Positions 29,037 to 38,306 of a stretch of DNA of 64,000 bases are shown piece by piece. Both the position numbers and the translations under genes were made by a program. The notes beneath the pieces were generated by a model. That model had not been told where the DNA came from and did no database searches. It saw nothing but the letters and a program-made list of their open reading frames with translations. Source of the DNA: Candidatus Iainarchaeum sp. (lineage in GTDB: Archaea > Iainarchaeota > Iainarchaeia > Iainarchaeales > VGJJ01); NCBI GenBank assembly GCA_043803765.1, contig JAZDJQ010000001.1, positions 1-64,000 on the forward strand. Reading direction: 5' to 3'. Positions within the stretch are counted from its first letter, which is position 1. Each line of letters starts with the position of its first letter.

Positions 29037-32000
29037 ATGCGGTTGTTACTGATACTAATCATCCTTCTTCTTACCGGGTGCATTCAGAACAAAATGACGG
29101 CAGGAGAAATAGCGGTTTGTATTGAATCAACACACGTAAGTGTGACGACCATCCCACACTGCCTTTCATCTACTGCGTGTGAGAAAGAATGGGATGCAAA
29201 AATCAAATTAGGAACATTTAGCAAAACGCTAGTCGGAGGAACAATATATCAAGCAAGAAACGGGATTGAAAAAACATGGGAATCGCTCAACAAAGCAGCC
29301 GAAACATTAGAAAAAGTTAAACAATCTTGTGAGAAAGGAAGTTTCCTAACAATATCATCAGAAGGATCGATTGCTACTGGACAAATATATGCTGCATTGA
29401 AATCAAGTGAAGAAGCCCATGTTCAGGCAATCAATTCAGCCGTTTCAGCCGTAACAAGCGGAAGTAAACGAGAATTAATCTGGGTAAAAGATTCAATGGC
29501 ATTCAACGCATACGCAGAACTGCTTGCGCTCACCCAATCATTGGCTGGAGAAGAAGAAACCAACCCCATTGCAGAGAAAGTAAAAGAAAATCAGGCATAT
29601 TATGAAAAAATAGGCACGGTGCTCTCTGAAAAAGAAATACCGCATTATGCGATAGCACTAGATGACGCCTACAAGTGGTATGATACTGGGATAAAAGTAT
29701 TTTATCCAGACAAAAAACAACCCATTCTGTGGTTTTCAACAATTTGGAAAACAGGAATACAATCCATCATCAGTTCAACGAATTGGGAAAAACAACTAGC
29801 TACTATTCAACAAATTCAAGGAGATGAAGTCATTCAGAGCATCACCCGCGTTGTCTCGCCCGACAAGGGAAGTGCGATTGAAATAATCCGATTAATTGAC
29901 ACATTGGATAAGGGGATAATTGAATTAGAAAATGAAGAAAATAATAAAATGAATGATTTGACAGCAAGATTAGAAAAAAGTAAAGAAAAACTAGAAAAAA
30001 ACAAGATGATGCAGCAGGAACAAGAGGCAGGAAAACTACTCGCAACCTATTACAATACGAACCCGCCAATAATGGAAAAAAATGAAAAAAAAGAATATAA
30101 CAAAATAATTCTAGAGATTGAAGAAACGATAGAAAAAGTGAAAAATGAAAAAAAACAAAATCCATTGCCAATAGGAAAGAGAGTTGCAACATTGAGGGAA
30201 ACAGAGAGAAAAATAACGGAGATCGAATCGTTCATGAAAGAGGAAGAGCAAAATGCGGCAGAATGGGGTGCGTGGTGCAAAAAAAAGAGCAACGAGGAAA
30301 AAATAACAATAATTACCGAATATGCGTGCACAGCCCTGTTAGAAGAACACAACTTTATGGAAGAAAACAAGGATGGTGCGCTCGCACAAACAAGATTGAT
30401 TACTTGCGTGAACGAATTGAATAATGCGTATTTGGCAATAGAAGAAAAAGGAACAGAATGGAAAAAAGAGGATTTTATTTATCAGTTCGGGGAAGAGGCG
30501 GCCGAGTATGGGTGTAAAAGCCAATTACAAAATATTGCGAATGAATATGAGAATAATTCACTTACGCAAGAGTTGCATGAACTGGCAAAAAAAACCGCGC
30601 GCGAGTCAGTTGCACTCCAAGCCGCATTGGAAAAAAAGCTGGTTGCTCAAGGAAAAAAAGAAATTTTGACAAAAGCAGAAAAAACACTGGCAAAAGTAGA
30701 AAAGTGGCTGCCACTATCAAAACAAATTGCGGTGATTATTGAATTGGAGGAAGTCAGCAGTTCAATGCAGATAGAACTATACCAAATAATAAATGAAAAT
30801 ACCCAAAAAGGCAATTGGATTTTCAGCCAACCTAACAAAATAGTAGAAAATGGGGAAGGAGAAGAAGAAGTGTCTTTTTTTGTTGAAAATCCTATTGGAA
30901 AAGAAGTAGTATTAGACAACCCGATTCAATTGAAGAATCCCTTTACTCAATTCGTATTTACCAATGAAAGTGAAAATAAGATAAAGAAAGGAGAACCCAT
31001 CATCATTAGTAATGGGGTTATTCCAATTCAAGGAAAATGGGTAAATGGAAAAGCCAGTTTTCAATGGGGGCAATCACAAATAACAAAAGAAATTGGAATG
31101 ATTTGGGGAAACGTAGCAGAACAAATAATCAAAATAGAAATGAACAATCCTGCACAAAACGGGATAATAGAATGGAAAACAGAATTGCCTGATTCAATAA
31201 ATGAAAAAACAATAAATGCATCTCACGAAGGAAAAAGTAGTAGTGTTGAAAAAATAGACAAAATAGCGAAAGGAACAATCTATGTAAACGAAGCGATTGA
31301 AAAAATAATTGTTTCATTTCAGCAAGAAAACATATTTCACACAACCACACAGGAATCTTCTATTCAGAATGGAGAAAAAAAATTAACACAATACGTGGTA
31401 ACAATTCAAAGCCACCTCCAACAAGAAGCGGTTGGTGATGTAACAACAGGAATTTTACTAAATTGGATAGGTGGAGAAACGGCCGCGTTTGATGAAAAAG
31501 GAAAAAAAATAGGGTATGTCGTCGGCCCATTAGGAGAAATTATCCTAAGCAAAATTGCCTTTTCTCCAATGGGAATAAGAGAAATAACAATAATCAAAAC
31601 GGAAGAAGCGAATACCGCCACGAATGTAAAAGAAATATTACTGGAAAAAATAATTGATGCAACAAAAAGCAACAATATCGAATTTGCAGCGGAGGCTGCT
31701 AAATTAGCAAGTGTGATAAAAAATGAAACGGATATTGAAAAATTTCCTGCGCATGCACAAAAACTAAGCGCACTATTAGACAAAATAGAAAAAGAAAAAA
31801 ACACAGCAAACCAGACCTATGCAAATTGGGACGCGGTGATGGAAAAAATAAATGAAAATAACGTTTGGAATGAACAGATTGAAATACTCGCACAAAAGGG
31901 AAAAATGGAAAAAGAGAATGAAAAATGGAAAGAATTGCAACAAACGACCGCAACACTAGAAAAGATAGTAAACGAAGAAATAGAAAAAAATACAACACAA

Positions 32001-32729
32001 GACAAGGAACCTACTAAAATCGCAATAGAAAATATATTGCAGAAAATTGGAAAAATAGAGGAATGGATTGCCAAATACAAAATAGGAATTAACATTGGAT
32101 GCGCAAAGCTTGGAGAAATAGGGTATTATTGCCCAATAACAGAGGAAGGGCTTCGAGATATTACTAATAAAACAAAGAAAGATAGAAAAGTAGCCGAAAA
32201 CTTACAAAAAAAAGCGATTTTAGAAAATAAAGACACAGAAGAAACGGCTTTGCTGTCTGAACGTGTTCAGAATAATTTAGAAAACATTTCAAACGGATTT
32301 TCAGCAATAAAAGAAACGGCCGCTATGTTATTGGAAGAAATAACAAAAAATGCCAATCTATCAAACAATGAAGAAGTGAAATCGGCAAAGGAAAAAGCAG
32401 AAAACTTTTTTGAAAACGAAGAATATGGAAAGAGCATTTTCGTTTCTAAAAATTTGGTTAATTATTTAGCAGAAAATAAGATGATTGGATTAGAAAACTT
32501 CCCGGCAGAAGGGTGGCCATTAATAGGACTGATAATAGGAATTGGCGGATTTATTGCATATCGTTATCGAAAAAAACCAGTAGAAGAAAAAAAACAACAG
32601 AAACCACTGCCAAGAGCGCACACAACAACACAACCTAATTTTCCATCGAGCGAACCAATTTATAGTGGCGTATCAAGACCCCTGCGCAAGCAAATGGAAG
32701 ACCGATCAGCAGTGAAAGAAGAAGCATAA
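29037..32729 (+). CDS. Large lipoprotein-like coiled-coil protein with C-terminal TM
   Basis: LLTGC lipobox-like N-terminus; E/K-rich helices; WPLIGLIIGIGGFIAY anchor. Confidence 0.75.
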   Translation: MRLLLILIILLLTGCIQNKMTAGEIAVCIESTHVSVTTIPHCLSSTACEKEWDAKIKLGTFSKTLVGGTIYQARNGIEKTWESLNKAAETLEKVKQSCEKGSFLTISSEGSIATGQIYAALKSSEEAHVQAINSAVSAVTSGSKRELIWVKDSMAFNAYAELLALTQSLAGEEETNPIAEKVKENQAYYEKIGTVLSEKEIPHYAIALDDAYKWYDTGIKVFYPDKKQPILWFSTIWKTGIQSIISSTNWEKQLATIQQIQGDEVIQSITRVVSPDKGSAIEIIRLIDTLDKGIIELENEENNKMNDLTARLEKSKEKLEKNKMMQQEQEAGKLLATYYNTNPPIMEKNEKKEYNKIILEIEETIEKVKNEKKQNPLPIGKRVATLRETERKITEIESFMKEEEQNAAEWGAWCKKKSNEEKITIITEYACTALLEEHNFMEENKDGALAQTRLITCVNELNNAYLAIEEKGTEWKKEDFIYQFGEEAAEYGCKSQLQNIANEYENNSLTQELHELAKKTARESVALQAALEKKLVAQGKKEILTKAEKTLAKVEKWLPLSKQIAVIIELEEVSSSMQIELYQIINENTQKGNWIFSQPNKIVENGEGEEEVSFFVENPIGKEVVLDNPIQLKNPFTQFVFTNESENKIKKGEPIIISNGVIPIQGKWVNGKASFQWGQSQITKEIGMIWGNVAEQIIKIEMNNPAQNGIIEWKTELPDSINEKTINASHEGKSSSVEKIDKIAKGTIYVNEAIEKIIVSFQQENIFHTTTQESSIQNGEKKLTQYVVTIQSHLQQEAVGDVTTGILLNWIGGETAAFDEKGKKIGYVVGPLGEIILSKIAFSPMGIREITIIKTEEANTATNVKEILLEKIIDATKSNNIEFAAEAAKLASVIKNETDIEKFPAHAQKLSALLDKIEKEKNTANQTYANWDAVMEKINENNVWNEQIEILAQKGKMEKENEKWKELQQTTATLEKIVNEEIEKNTTQDKEPTKIAIENILQKIGKIEEWIAKYKIGINIGCAKLGEIGYYCPITEEGLRDITNKTKKDRKVAENLQKKAILENKDTEETALLSERVQNNLENISNGFSAIKETAAMLLEEITKNANLSNNEEVKSAKEKAENFFENEEYGKSIFVSKNLVNYLAENKMIGLENFPAEGWPLIGLIIGIGGFIAYRYRKKPVEEKKQQKPLPRAHTTTQPNFPSSEPIYSGVSRPLRKQMEDRSAVKEEA

Positions 32730-33015
32730 TAAGAAAACCGTGTGCTGCAGACACAAGAACGGATCCACTCGCCGATTGTTCCATTACCGTCACCCAAAAC
32801 AAAGGAGTAAGAAATAAAAACGTCGTGCCAATGAGCAGCGGCAGCACGGAAATAATTACTGCACGCCCTAATCGCCACTCATCTTTTGAAACAAAAAATG
32901 CAAAACCAAAAGAGAACAATATTAATACATACAATCGCCACGTCTCAAAATAGACAAAAAACAAGTAAATAACAAATGTAAGAACGATTGAAAATATCCA
33001 ATGAGTGGCGCGCAT
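32635..33015 (-). CDS. Small polytopic membrane protein
   Basis: About four hydrophobic segments; start taken at MRATHW. Confidence 0.6.
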   Translation of the reverse strand: MRATHWIFSIVLTFVIYLFFVYFETWRLYVLILFSFGFAFFVSKDEWRLGRAVIISVLPLLIGTTFLFLTPLFWVTVMEQSASGSVLVSAAHGFLIMLLLSLLIGLPFACAGVLIRHYKLVRSMEN

Positions 33016-33016
33016 G

Positions 33017-33469
33017 TCATACCCCCACATCGAGCGGCATAAGATAAAAACCAGCAGGATACTGCGCACGAACATAAGGACCCACGTTGTCTATTTGTTC
33101 TGGGGAAACATAGGTAAACTCATTCGTGACAAAAGAAGGATACATATTATACGTTGTTAGAGTAGTGTGAGATGCATTGAGAATAATAACTACATCCTCT
33201 GTTGTAGTTTCAGGTGTTTGAGAAAATTGAACAGAATTGCCCCCTGGAAAAAGTAACCCGACACGACCATCTTGTTCAATAACTGCTTGCGGATTAGAAG
33301 CAAATATGTGTTCAATTGAATGAGTTACTTTTCCAATGAACGGATTGCTTGGTTGAAATGAAGAAGTAACGAACGCGGTGGGATTCAAATCCGTATAACG
33401 AAAATAGAGAAAGGACAATCCTAAAAGAATGAGAATGCCTGCCCCAATAGCAAAACGGTTCAAATGCAT
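33017..33469 (-). CDS. Hypothetical membrane-anchored protein
   Basis: N-terminal TM; abuts the next gene. Confidence 0.6.
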   Translation of the reverse strand: MHLNRFAIGAGILILLGLSFLYFRYTDLNPTAFVTSSFQPSNPFIGKVTHSIEHIFASNPQAVIEQDGRVGLLFPGGNSVQFSQTPETTTEDVVIILNASHTTLTTYNMYPSFVTNEFTYVSPEQIDNVGPYVRAQYPAGFYLMPLDVGV

Positions 33470-33523
33470 ACTAGAATTAATCGGTTGGAATATTTAAAAG
33501 AAAAAGGATGCGAACAAGGGTCG

Positions 33524-33670
33524 CTAAACCGCTTGTTCGACTTTTGCCCTGCGAAAATTAGCATATGGGCGAAATTTTGTTTTGGTCCATGCAGTGGGCT
33601 GCTTGGAGCGGAGCTTGAATTCCTCCTCCAAAAGTTTTAGGCGCAATTCTTCTGTAATCTCAATCTTCAT
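33524..33670 (-). CDS. Small hypothetical protein (48 aa)
   Basis: Manual translation MKIEITEELRLKLLEEEFKLRSKQPTAWTKTKFRPYANFRRAKVEQAV with GAAGGGG upstream. Confidence 0.5.
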   Translation of the reverse strand: MKIEITEELRLKLLEEEFKLRSKQPTAWTKTKFRPYANFRRAKVEQAV

Positions 33671-33843
33671 GGGAACCCCTTCCAAACGGTGTTTCTAGAT
33701 TCACCGCCCCACTGGCTCGGCAGGACGATAAATAGACTAGGAAGTAGATAATAAGGTCGTTTCTTCTATATAAGCATTACTTCAAATGAAGGGGCGCTAC
33801 TAATGGGGTGATAAATATAAACAGAAGTGGGTGCTTTTGGTAT

Positions 33844-34092
33844 ATGCTCAAATTACACCAACGGAGGCTTCCTGAAGGGAAGATCGTCAAACCAGAGGAT
33901 AGAATATGGAAGGAGCAGTTCGACAAGATGTCTCAAGAGGACCATCGAGAGAAACTTCGTATGTTAGGGTTGGACGACGAGGAAACGGATGAATTAGTTG
34001 AAGATTTTGAAGAGGTTAAAAAGGGGAAAAAAGGAAAAATTCTAAAAGAATGGGAAGATGGGGTCATCCCTGAAGAAATAGAAAATAAGTGA
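33844..34092 (+). CDS. Small acidic hypothetical protein
   Basis: MLKLHQRR...LGLDDEETDELVEDFEE. Confidence 0.6.
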   Translation: MLKLHQRRLPEGKIVKPEDRIWKEQFDKMSQEDHREKLRMLGLDDEETDELVEDFEEVKKGKKGKILKEWEDGVIPEEIENK

Positions 34093-34151
34093 TTAAAAAA
34101 AAGTGGTGTTCGCAGCGCGTGTTTAATTACTGAAAGCTTGTTTATCAATGA

Positions 34152-35036
34152 ATGGAATTATCAAGCAAAAGTGAAGAAAAAATTGTTGAAATGCCCGTTC
34201 AACAATTTGCACACCAAAATACGATTAATGAATTTAGACAAGAATTATTAGTAACGGGCTATTCTCCTAAAACGATTAAAATGTATTTAATTTATTCTAA
34301 AAAATTTTTGGAACAAACTCAAAAAGAAATATCCTCGCTTTCAAAACAAGATGTTATTGCATTTCTTGCAAAGGCAAAAGAGAAGAATGTTTCGAACGCA
34401 ACGCTTTCGCTAATGCATTCTGCATTAAAGTTTTTTTTAACAGAACATTTGAAATTGAATGTGGTAGATGAAATTAAAATTCCTAAGAAGGCAAAAAAAC
34501 TGCCAGTAGTATTAACTGTTTCAGAAATTAAAGATATTTTTCAGCACACCCGCCATGGAAGAAATAGATTATTACTACAATTTATTTATTCAACAGGTTG
34601 TCGAGTGAGCGAAGCGGTTAAAATGAAAACAGAAGATATTGATTGGGAAAATGGGGTTGCACGAGTGCAAGGGGGAAAAGGAAACAAAGATCGTATTGTT
34701 GTGATTTCTCAAAAATGGGCAGGAAACATAAAAAAATATTTAAAACGTAAAAAAAATAATTCACCTTTCCTTTTTTCAAAAAAAAATGGAAAATCGTTAT
34801 CGACAGACACCGTGGAACGAATCATTCGGAATGCTGCAAAGGAATTGGGTATAACAAAAAGGGTTACCCCCCACGTGTTACGTCATTCTTTTGCCACTCA
34901 CTTGCTAGAAAGTGGAGAAAATATCAGAAAAATTCAATTATTATTAGGTCATGCTAATTTGAGTACAACAGCCATCTATACCCACGTGAGTAAAGAGGAG
35001 TTGAAAAAAGTGCAAAGTCCGTTAGATAAAATGTAA
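34152..35036 (+). CDS. xerA: Tyrosine recombinase XerA
   Basis: SAM-like N domain; TGCRVSE, GKGNKDR, TPHVLRHSFATHLL, LLGHANLSTTAIYTHV. Confidence 0.88.
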   Translation: MELSSKSEEKIVEMPVQQFAHQNTINEFRQELLVTGYSPKTIKMYLIYSKKFLEQTQKEISSLSKQDVIAFLAKAKEKNVSNATLSLMHSALKFFLTEHLKLNVVDEIKIPKKAKKLPVVLTVSEIKDIFQHTRHGRNRLLLQFIYSTGCRVSEAVKMKTEDIDWENGVARVQGGKGNKDRIVVISQKWAGNIKKYLKRKKNNSPFLFSKKNGKSLSTDTVERIIRNAAKELGITKRVTPHVLRHSFATHLLESGENIRKIQLLLGHANLSTTAIYTHVSKEELKKVQSPLDKM

Positions 35037-35059
35037 TTATGTATTCAAGTAATACATAA
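35037..35059. promoter_or_regulatory. Inverted repeat TTATGT-N11-ACATAA, site 1
   Basis: TTATGTATT caagt AATACATAA directly after the xerA stop. Confidence 0.5.
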
Positions 35060-35193
35060 CAATGTAGTGCCCCGACACTTCCGGTAATAATTTAAAATGA
35101 TAAAATTGCCCGCGTTAATACCCTAGTATTATATACCATATTTGGGTTCTATGCATACTTGATTTTTTGTATTAAATCAGGGGGAAACAAAAT

Positions 35194-35523
35194 ATGACCG
35201 TACGACTATCAAAACTGTTCGGCATGGACATCTATACAGATAATGCTGAATATAAGGGAAAAGTGTTCGATCTCGTGATTAATCTCGAGAAGGGAAAAAT
35301 AGAGACCATGACGACAGAACCATTAAAGGTTCGAACTAAACTAGAAGCTCGAAAGATTATATCGGAAAAAAGTATTCCTTACCAAAACATTCTATCGGCT
35401 AAAGATATTTTGTTGGTAGGAACACGAAATCGTGCTCCAGTAGAGGAACCCGAAGAGGAATCACGTTCTCGTACAGGAACGCTGCATCGACCACCCTATC
35501 AACCCTATACTCGACGTCATTAA
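35194..35523 (+). CDS. PRC-barrel domain protein
   Basis: LSKLFGMDIYTDNAEYKGKVFDLVINLEKG..IPYQNILSAKDILLV. Confidence 0.85.
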   Translation: MTVRLSKLFGMDIYTDNAEYKGKVFDLVINLEKGKIETMTTEPLKVRTKLEARKIISEKSIPYQNILSAKDILLVGTRNRAPVEEPEEESRSRTGTLHRPPYQPYTRRH

Positions 35524-35553
35524 TTTTTCAGACGCCATATAGGATTAAATAGT

Positions 35554-35580
35554 ACTTATGTTTCATAAAACAACATAAGT
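35554..35580. promoter_or_regulatory. Inverted repeat TTATGT-N11-ACATAA, site 2
   Basis: ACTTATGTT tcataaaac AACATAAGT. Confidence 0.5.
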
Positions 35581-35630
35581 GTGGTTTAGTAATATTATGA
35601 TTCAGTAGTGGAAGTGTGGGGGGTATCCTA

Positions 35631-36230
35631 ATGGTTAAAGCATACTATATTCAATACAAATTTATCCTACCAGAAGCAATTAAACATTCAACGTATACAT
35701 ACCAAAAGCTCTTTCGGGCAATTTATGGTTATACTCAAAATGTGACTAAATCAAATGGTAAAGTTTATCATTATCACCGAAAAGGGGTATTTTCAGACGT
35801 ACCCTACATTCGTCCCGGAAAGAATGCAATTATTATTCACCCATCTTCTTTTCCTAAATTTAAGCAATTTTGTGCTACTGGACAGAATCCTTCCCATAAT
35901 TGGCGTTCTAAAGGGGATTGGAAGGCTGTTTATTATATGGATGAAAAAGAAATCGATGACACAAAAGTGGTGAGGGCATTAGAAGACCTTTTAGATCGAA
36001 CCTATATTTCTCCAAACGAAAAAACACCCCAACCCATTACAGAAGGATTGAGCACAATCTTGGACAAAATCAAACTAAACGAAACGATTGAAGAAAGAGA
36101 AAAGCAGCACGTTTTGAATGAATCCCAATCGGTTCTTTCCAACGAGTGGTTTCGTTCTCATTACACCCACTCTCAAAAATTAACTGATTTTAATGATAAA
36201 GTGAAATCACTGCGTGGGTTTCATAGTTGA
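35631..36230 (+). CDS. Hypothetical protein, possibly Cas2/PaaX-like ferredoxin fold
   Basis: YYIQYK..QKLFRAIYGY..KGVF..GKNAIII pattern; fold call is inference. Confidence 0.6.
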   Translation: MVKAYYIQYKFILPEAIKHSTYTYQKLFRAIYGYTQNVTKSNGKVYHYHRKGVFSDVPYIRPGKNAIIIHPSSFPKFKQFCATGQNPSHNWRSKGDWKAVYYMDEKEIDDTKVVRALEDLLDRTYISPNEKTPQPITEGLSTILDKIKLNETIEEREKQHVLNESQSVLSNEWFRSHYTHSQKLTDFNDKVKSLRGFHS

Positions 36231-36680
36231 TTCTGCCTCGATTTCCTCTTCTATCAATTCTTTCACCGACACGATAAGATTCTTCTTTCTCCACTTCATT
36301 TTTCCCCCCACCATATTCGCTTCCAACAACCCCGAATCAACCAGTGTTTTGAGGTAGGGGTATAAGCTTCGTTCATTTTGATAAGTAATCCCAAATAACT
36401 CATTCACGCGACGTAATATTTCTTCCATACTCACCCACTCTTCATAATCTAAGACTTTGGTGATGTGGTGTGCTTGTGTTCCTTCTTTGAATGTTAAATG
36501 ATCCCACAGATTGACTACTCGATACCTGTTGGTAGTCGTCAAAGGGGTCAATCGTTCACTTCCCCTAGTTAATGAATTTTTTCTTGCTATTTCTCTAAAC
36601 TCATTTGTCTGATTGTCTTCTGCCCATCGTTGAATGCTGCTAACCGACCTAAAGAAGCTTCTAAGCAACATCTTCAACAT
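36207..36680 (-). CDS. Winged-helix DNA-binding protein
   Basis: WVSMEEILRRV..SLYPYLKTLVDSGLLEA..GGKMKWR. Confidence 0.72.
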   Translation of the reverse strand: MLKMLLRSFFRSVSSIQRWAEDNQTNEFREIARKNSLTRGSERLTPLTTTNRYRVVNLWDHLTFKEGTQAHHITKVLDYEEWVSMEEILRRVNELFGITYQNERSLYPYLKTLVDSGLLEANMVGGKMKWRKKNLIVSVKELIEEEIEAESTMKPTQ

Positions 36681-36779
36681 GGTAATTACCGTAATGATAG
36701 TAATTACTTAAAAACCTTATGGTAATTACTAGTAATTACCAAAAACCCACAAAAAACAAAAACAATTGTGGTAATTACG
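36681..36779. repeat. Cluster of palindromic GTAATTAC octamers
   Basis: Perfect copies at 36682, 36700, 36722, 36732 and 36771, a degenerate one at 36691; 36721-36740 is a perfect 20-bp palindrome. Confidence 0.85.
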
Positions 36780-37013
36780 AAAAAAGTTAATAAATTCGAT
36801 TAAAAAAACAAAATGGGCGGAAAGAAAATGATTCCAACAACAAAACAAAAACAAAAAGAATCAAAAAACGTTAATTTTTTAATCAAAATCAACGAAAATT
36901 GTCGAAATGAGCCTTTGTTTTTCAGTAGTTGATAGAAAAAATGCACTTTTTATCAATTATGAGGGCACAAAAACAGTCCGAAAAAAGACTTTCGAAAAAA
37001 AAGCAATATCGAG

Positions 37014-37088
37014 TAGCGGGGGAAGGATTTGAACCTTCGATCTTCGGGTTATGAGCCCGACGGGCACTCCAGGCTGCCCCGCCCCGCT
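37014..37088 (-). tRNA. Initiator tRNA-Met (CAT)
   Basis: Full cloverleaf, A1:U72, GGG/CCC anticodon stem, CAT anticodon; position 8 is C. Confidence 0.95.
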
Positions 37089-37199
37089 TTAACGTTATTT
37101 AGTTAGTGTCTAGTTGTTGCTTTTTGGTTGATTTCTTTTCTTTTATTGCTTTGCACCATTCTTATTAAATGCGTGCTGTTGTCCTAATTTGTGTGTTTT

Positions 37200-37739
37200 T
37201 TAGAGTATTTTTTGAAGCGAAGTCAACTCGGTTCTAAGCGTAGTGATATTCTTTTGCATCTCCTTTTGTTTCTTTTTTCCATCTACTGGATTCATTAATT
37301 CCCCACATTCGGGGCATCTAAATTCGTATTGTGCGGCAATCTCAAAAGGTGTTTCTTCGCACTCTTTTTTACATACAAACATTTCATGGCTGTTTTCAAA
37401 TCGCGCTCTTTGTTCTAGTTTTTGGAGCATCTCTGCTTGTTGTTCTAAAATTAATTCAACGATTCGTCGTTGTTTGATTTCCCACGTGTAGGTATACCAT
37501 CCCGAGTTTTTATTTTTTGTTTTGTTGTAGCACGCAATTCCTCGGTAGTGGAGCCGATTTAGGATGCTTCGTATTTCTGTGATTTTGAGGTGCTTCATTC
37601 TGTTTTCAATATCTTCATCCAAGCATTTCCCGTTTTTTTCTAAGCAGATTTTTACTACTTCTTGTGCTTCTTCTCCCCCGACCGCAGTGAGAAATTCTCT
37701 TGCAATTTTGAAGTCGAGTAGTGTGTTGGGTTTCGTCAT
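37200..37739 (-). CDS. tfe: Transcription factor E (TFIIE alpha)
   Basis: IRSILNRLHYRG, SGWYTYTW, C..C/FRCPECG zinc ribbon. Confidence 0.92.
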   Translation of the reverse strand: MTKPNTLLDFKIAREFLTAVGGEEAQEVVKICLEKNGKCLDEDIENRMKHLKITEIRSILNRLHYRGIACYNKTKNKNSGWYTYTWEIKQRRIVELILEQQAEMLQKLEQRARFENSHEMFVCKKECEETPFEIAAQYEFRCPECGELMNPVDGKKKQKEMQKNITTLRTELTSLQKIL

Positions 37740-37772
37740 TCCATCTTTTAGTATCGATACGGTTTAAATCAC

Positions 37773-38306
37773 CTATTTTTGCGTTTGCACATTTTTTCCT
37801 CGCGCGCTTGGAATAATGGTCTTTTTTCCTCCTTTGAAAACAAATTCTTCTTCCTTCCCCACCCACAAGTAATGTAGAAACACACTGAGTGCTGCCACTT
37901 CGCTGTGCGGTTGTCTTGTGATGCTAATATTGTAGTCGGCTTCTTGGTAGGCCGTTCCCGGAACTTTGTCTGCTCCTATCATGATGACTATTTTTTCTAG
38001 TTTTTGGATTTGTTTGATTGCGTCGCCCGGTTGTTTTCCATACATTGTGAGGTGGATAATGTGATATCCTTTTTCTTTGAATTGTTGTAGGGTTTTCCAT
38101 GGGTTTTTGTAGAATTCTATTTTGAATTTTCCTCCGAATGTTTGATTTATTTTTTCTACTGTTTGGGCAATGTGGTGGTCGTTTCTCTCGTTCAGCAATA
38201 TTCTCTGGGCACCGAATGCTCTTGCGACTAACGCGCAATGGGTTGTGATGCGGAGATCCCTATATTCTCGGTCGCTTAATCGGAGCACGACGATGTTTTT
38301 AGTTAT
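37773..38306 (-). CDS. trm56: tRNA (cytidine(56)-2'-O)-methyltransferase
   Basis: RDLRITTHCALVARAFGA, HLTMYG, QPHSEVAAL. Start probably ATA 38306. Confidence 0.92.
   Translation of the reverse strand: MTKNIVVLRLSDREYRDLRITTHCALVARAFGAQRILLNERNDHHIAQTVEKINQTFGGKFKIEFYKNPWKTLQQFKEKGYHIIHLTMYGKQPGDAIKQIQKLEKIVIMIGADKVPGTAYQEADYNISITRQPHSEVAALSVFLHYLWVGKEEEFVFKGGKKTIIPSARGKNVQTQK

Noticed and set aside
33680-33740. 5S rRNA or known riboswitch
   Set aside because: Too short, and no conserved motifs were recognised.
36681-36779. Canonical ORB elements
   Set aside because: No ORB-like consensus with a G-string is recognisable; the repeats are short palindromes.
33470-37010. Canonical archaeal dif site near xerA
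   Set aside because: No convincing 11-6-11 site with ATAA-N6-TTAT was found by eye.
34152-37088. Integrated element bounded by xerA and tRNA-iMet
   Set aside because: No duplicated tRNA-Met end was seen, and the recombinase looks like chromosomal XerA among housekeeping-type genes.
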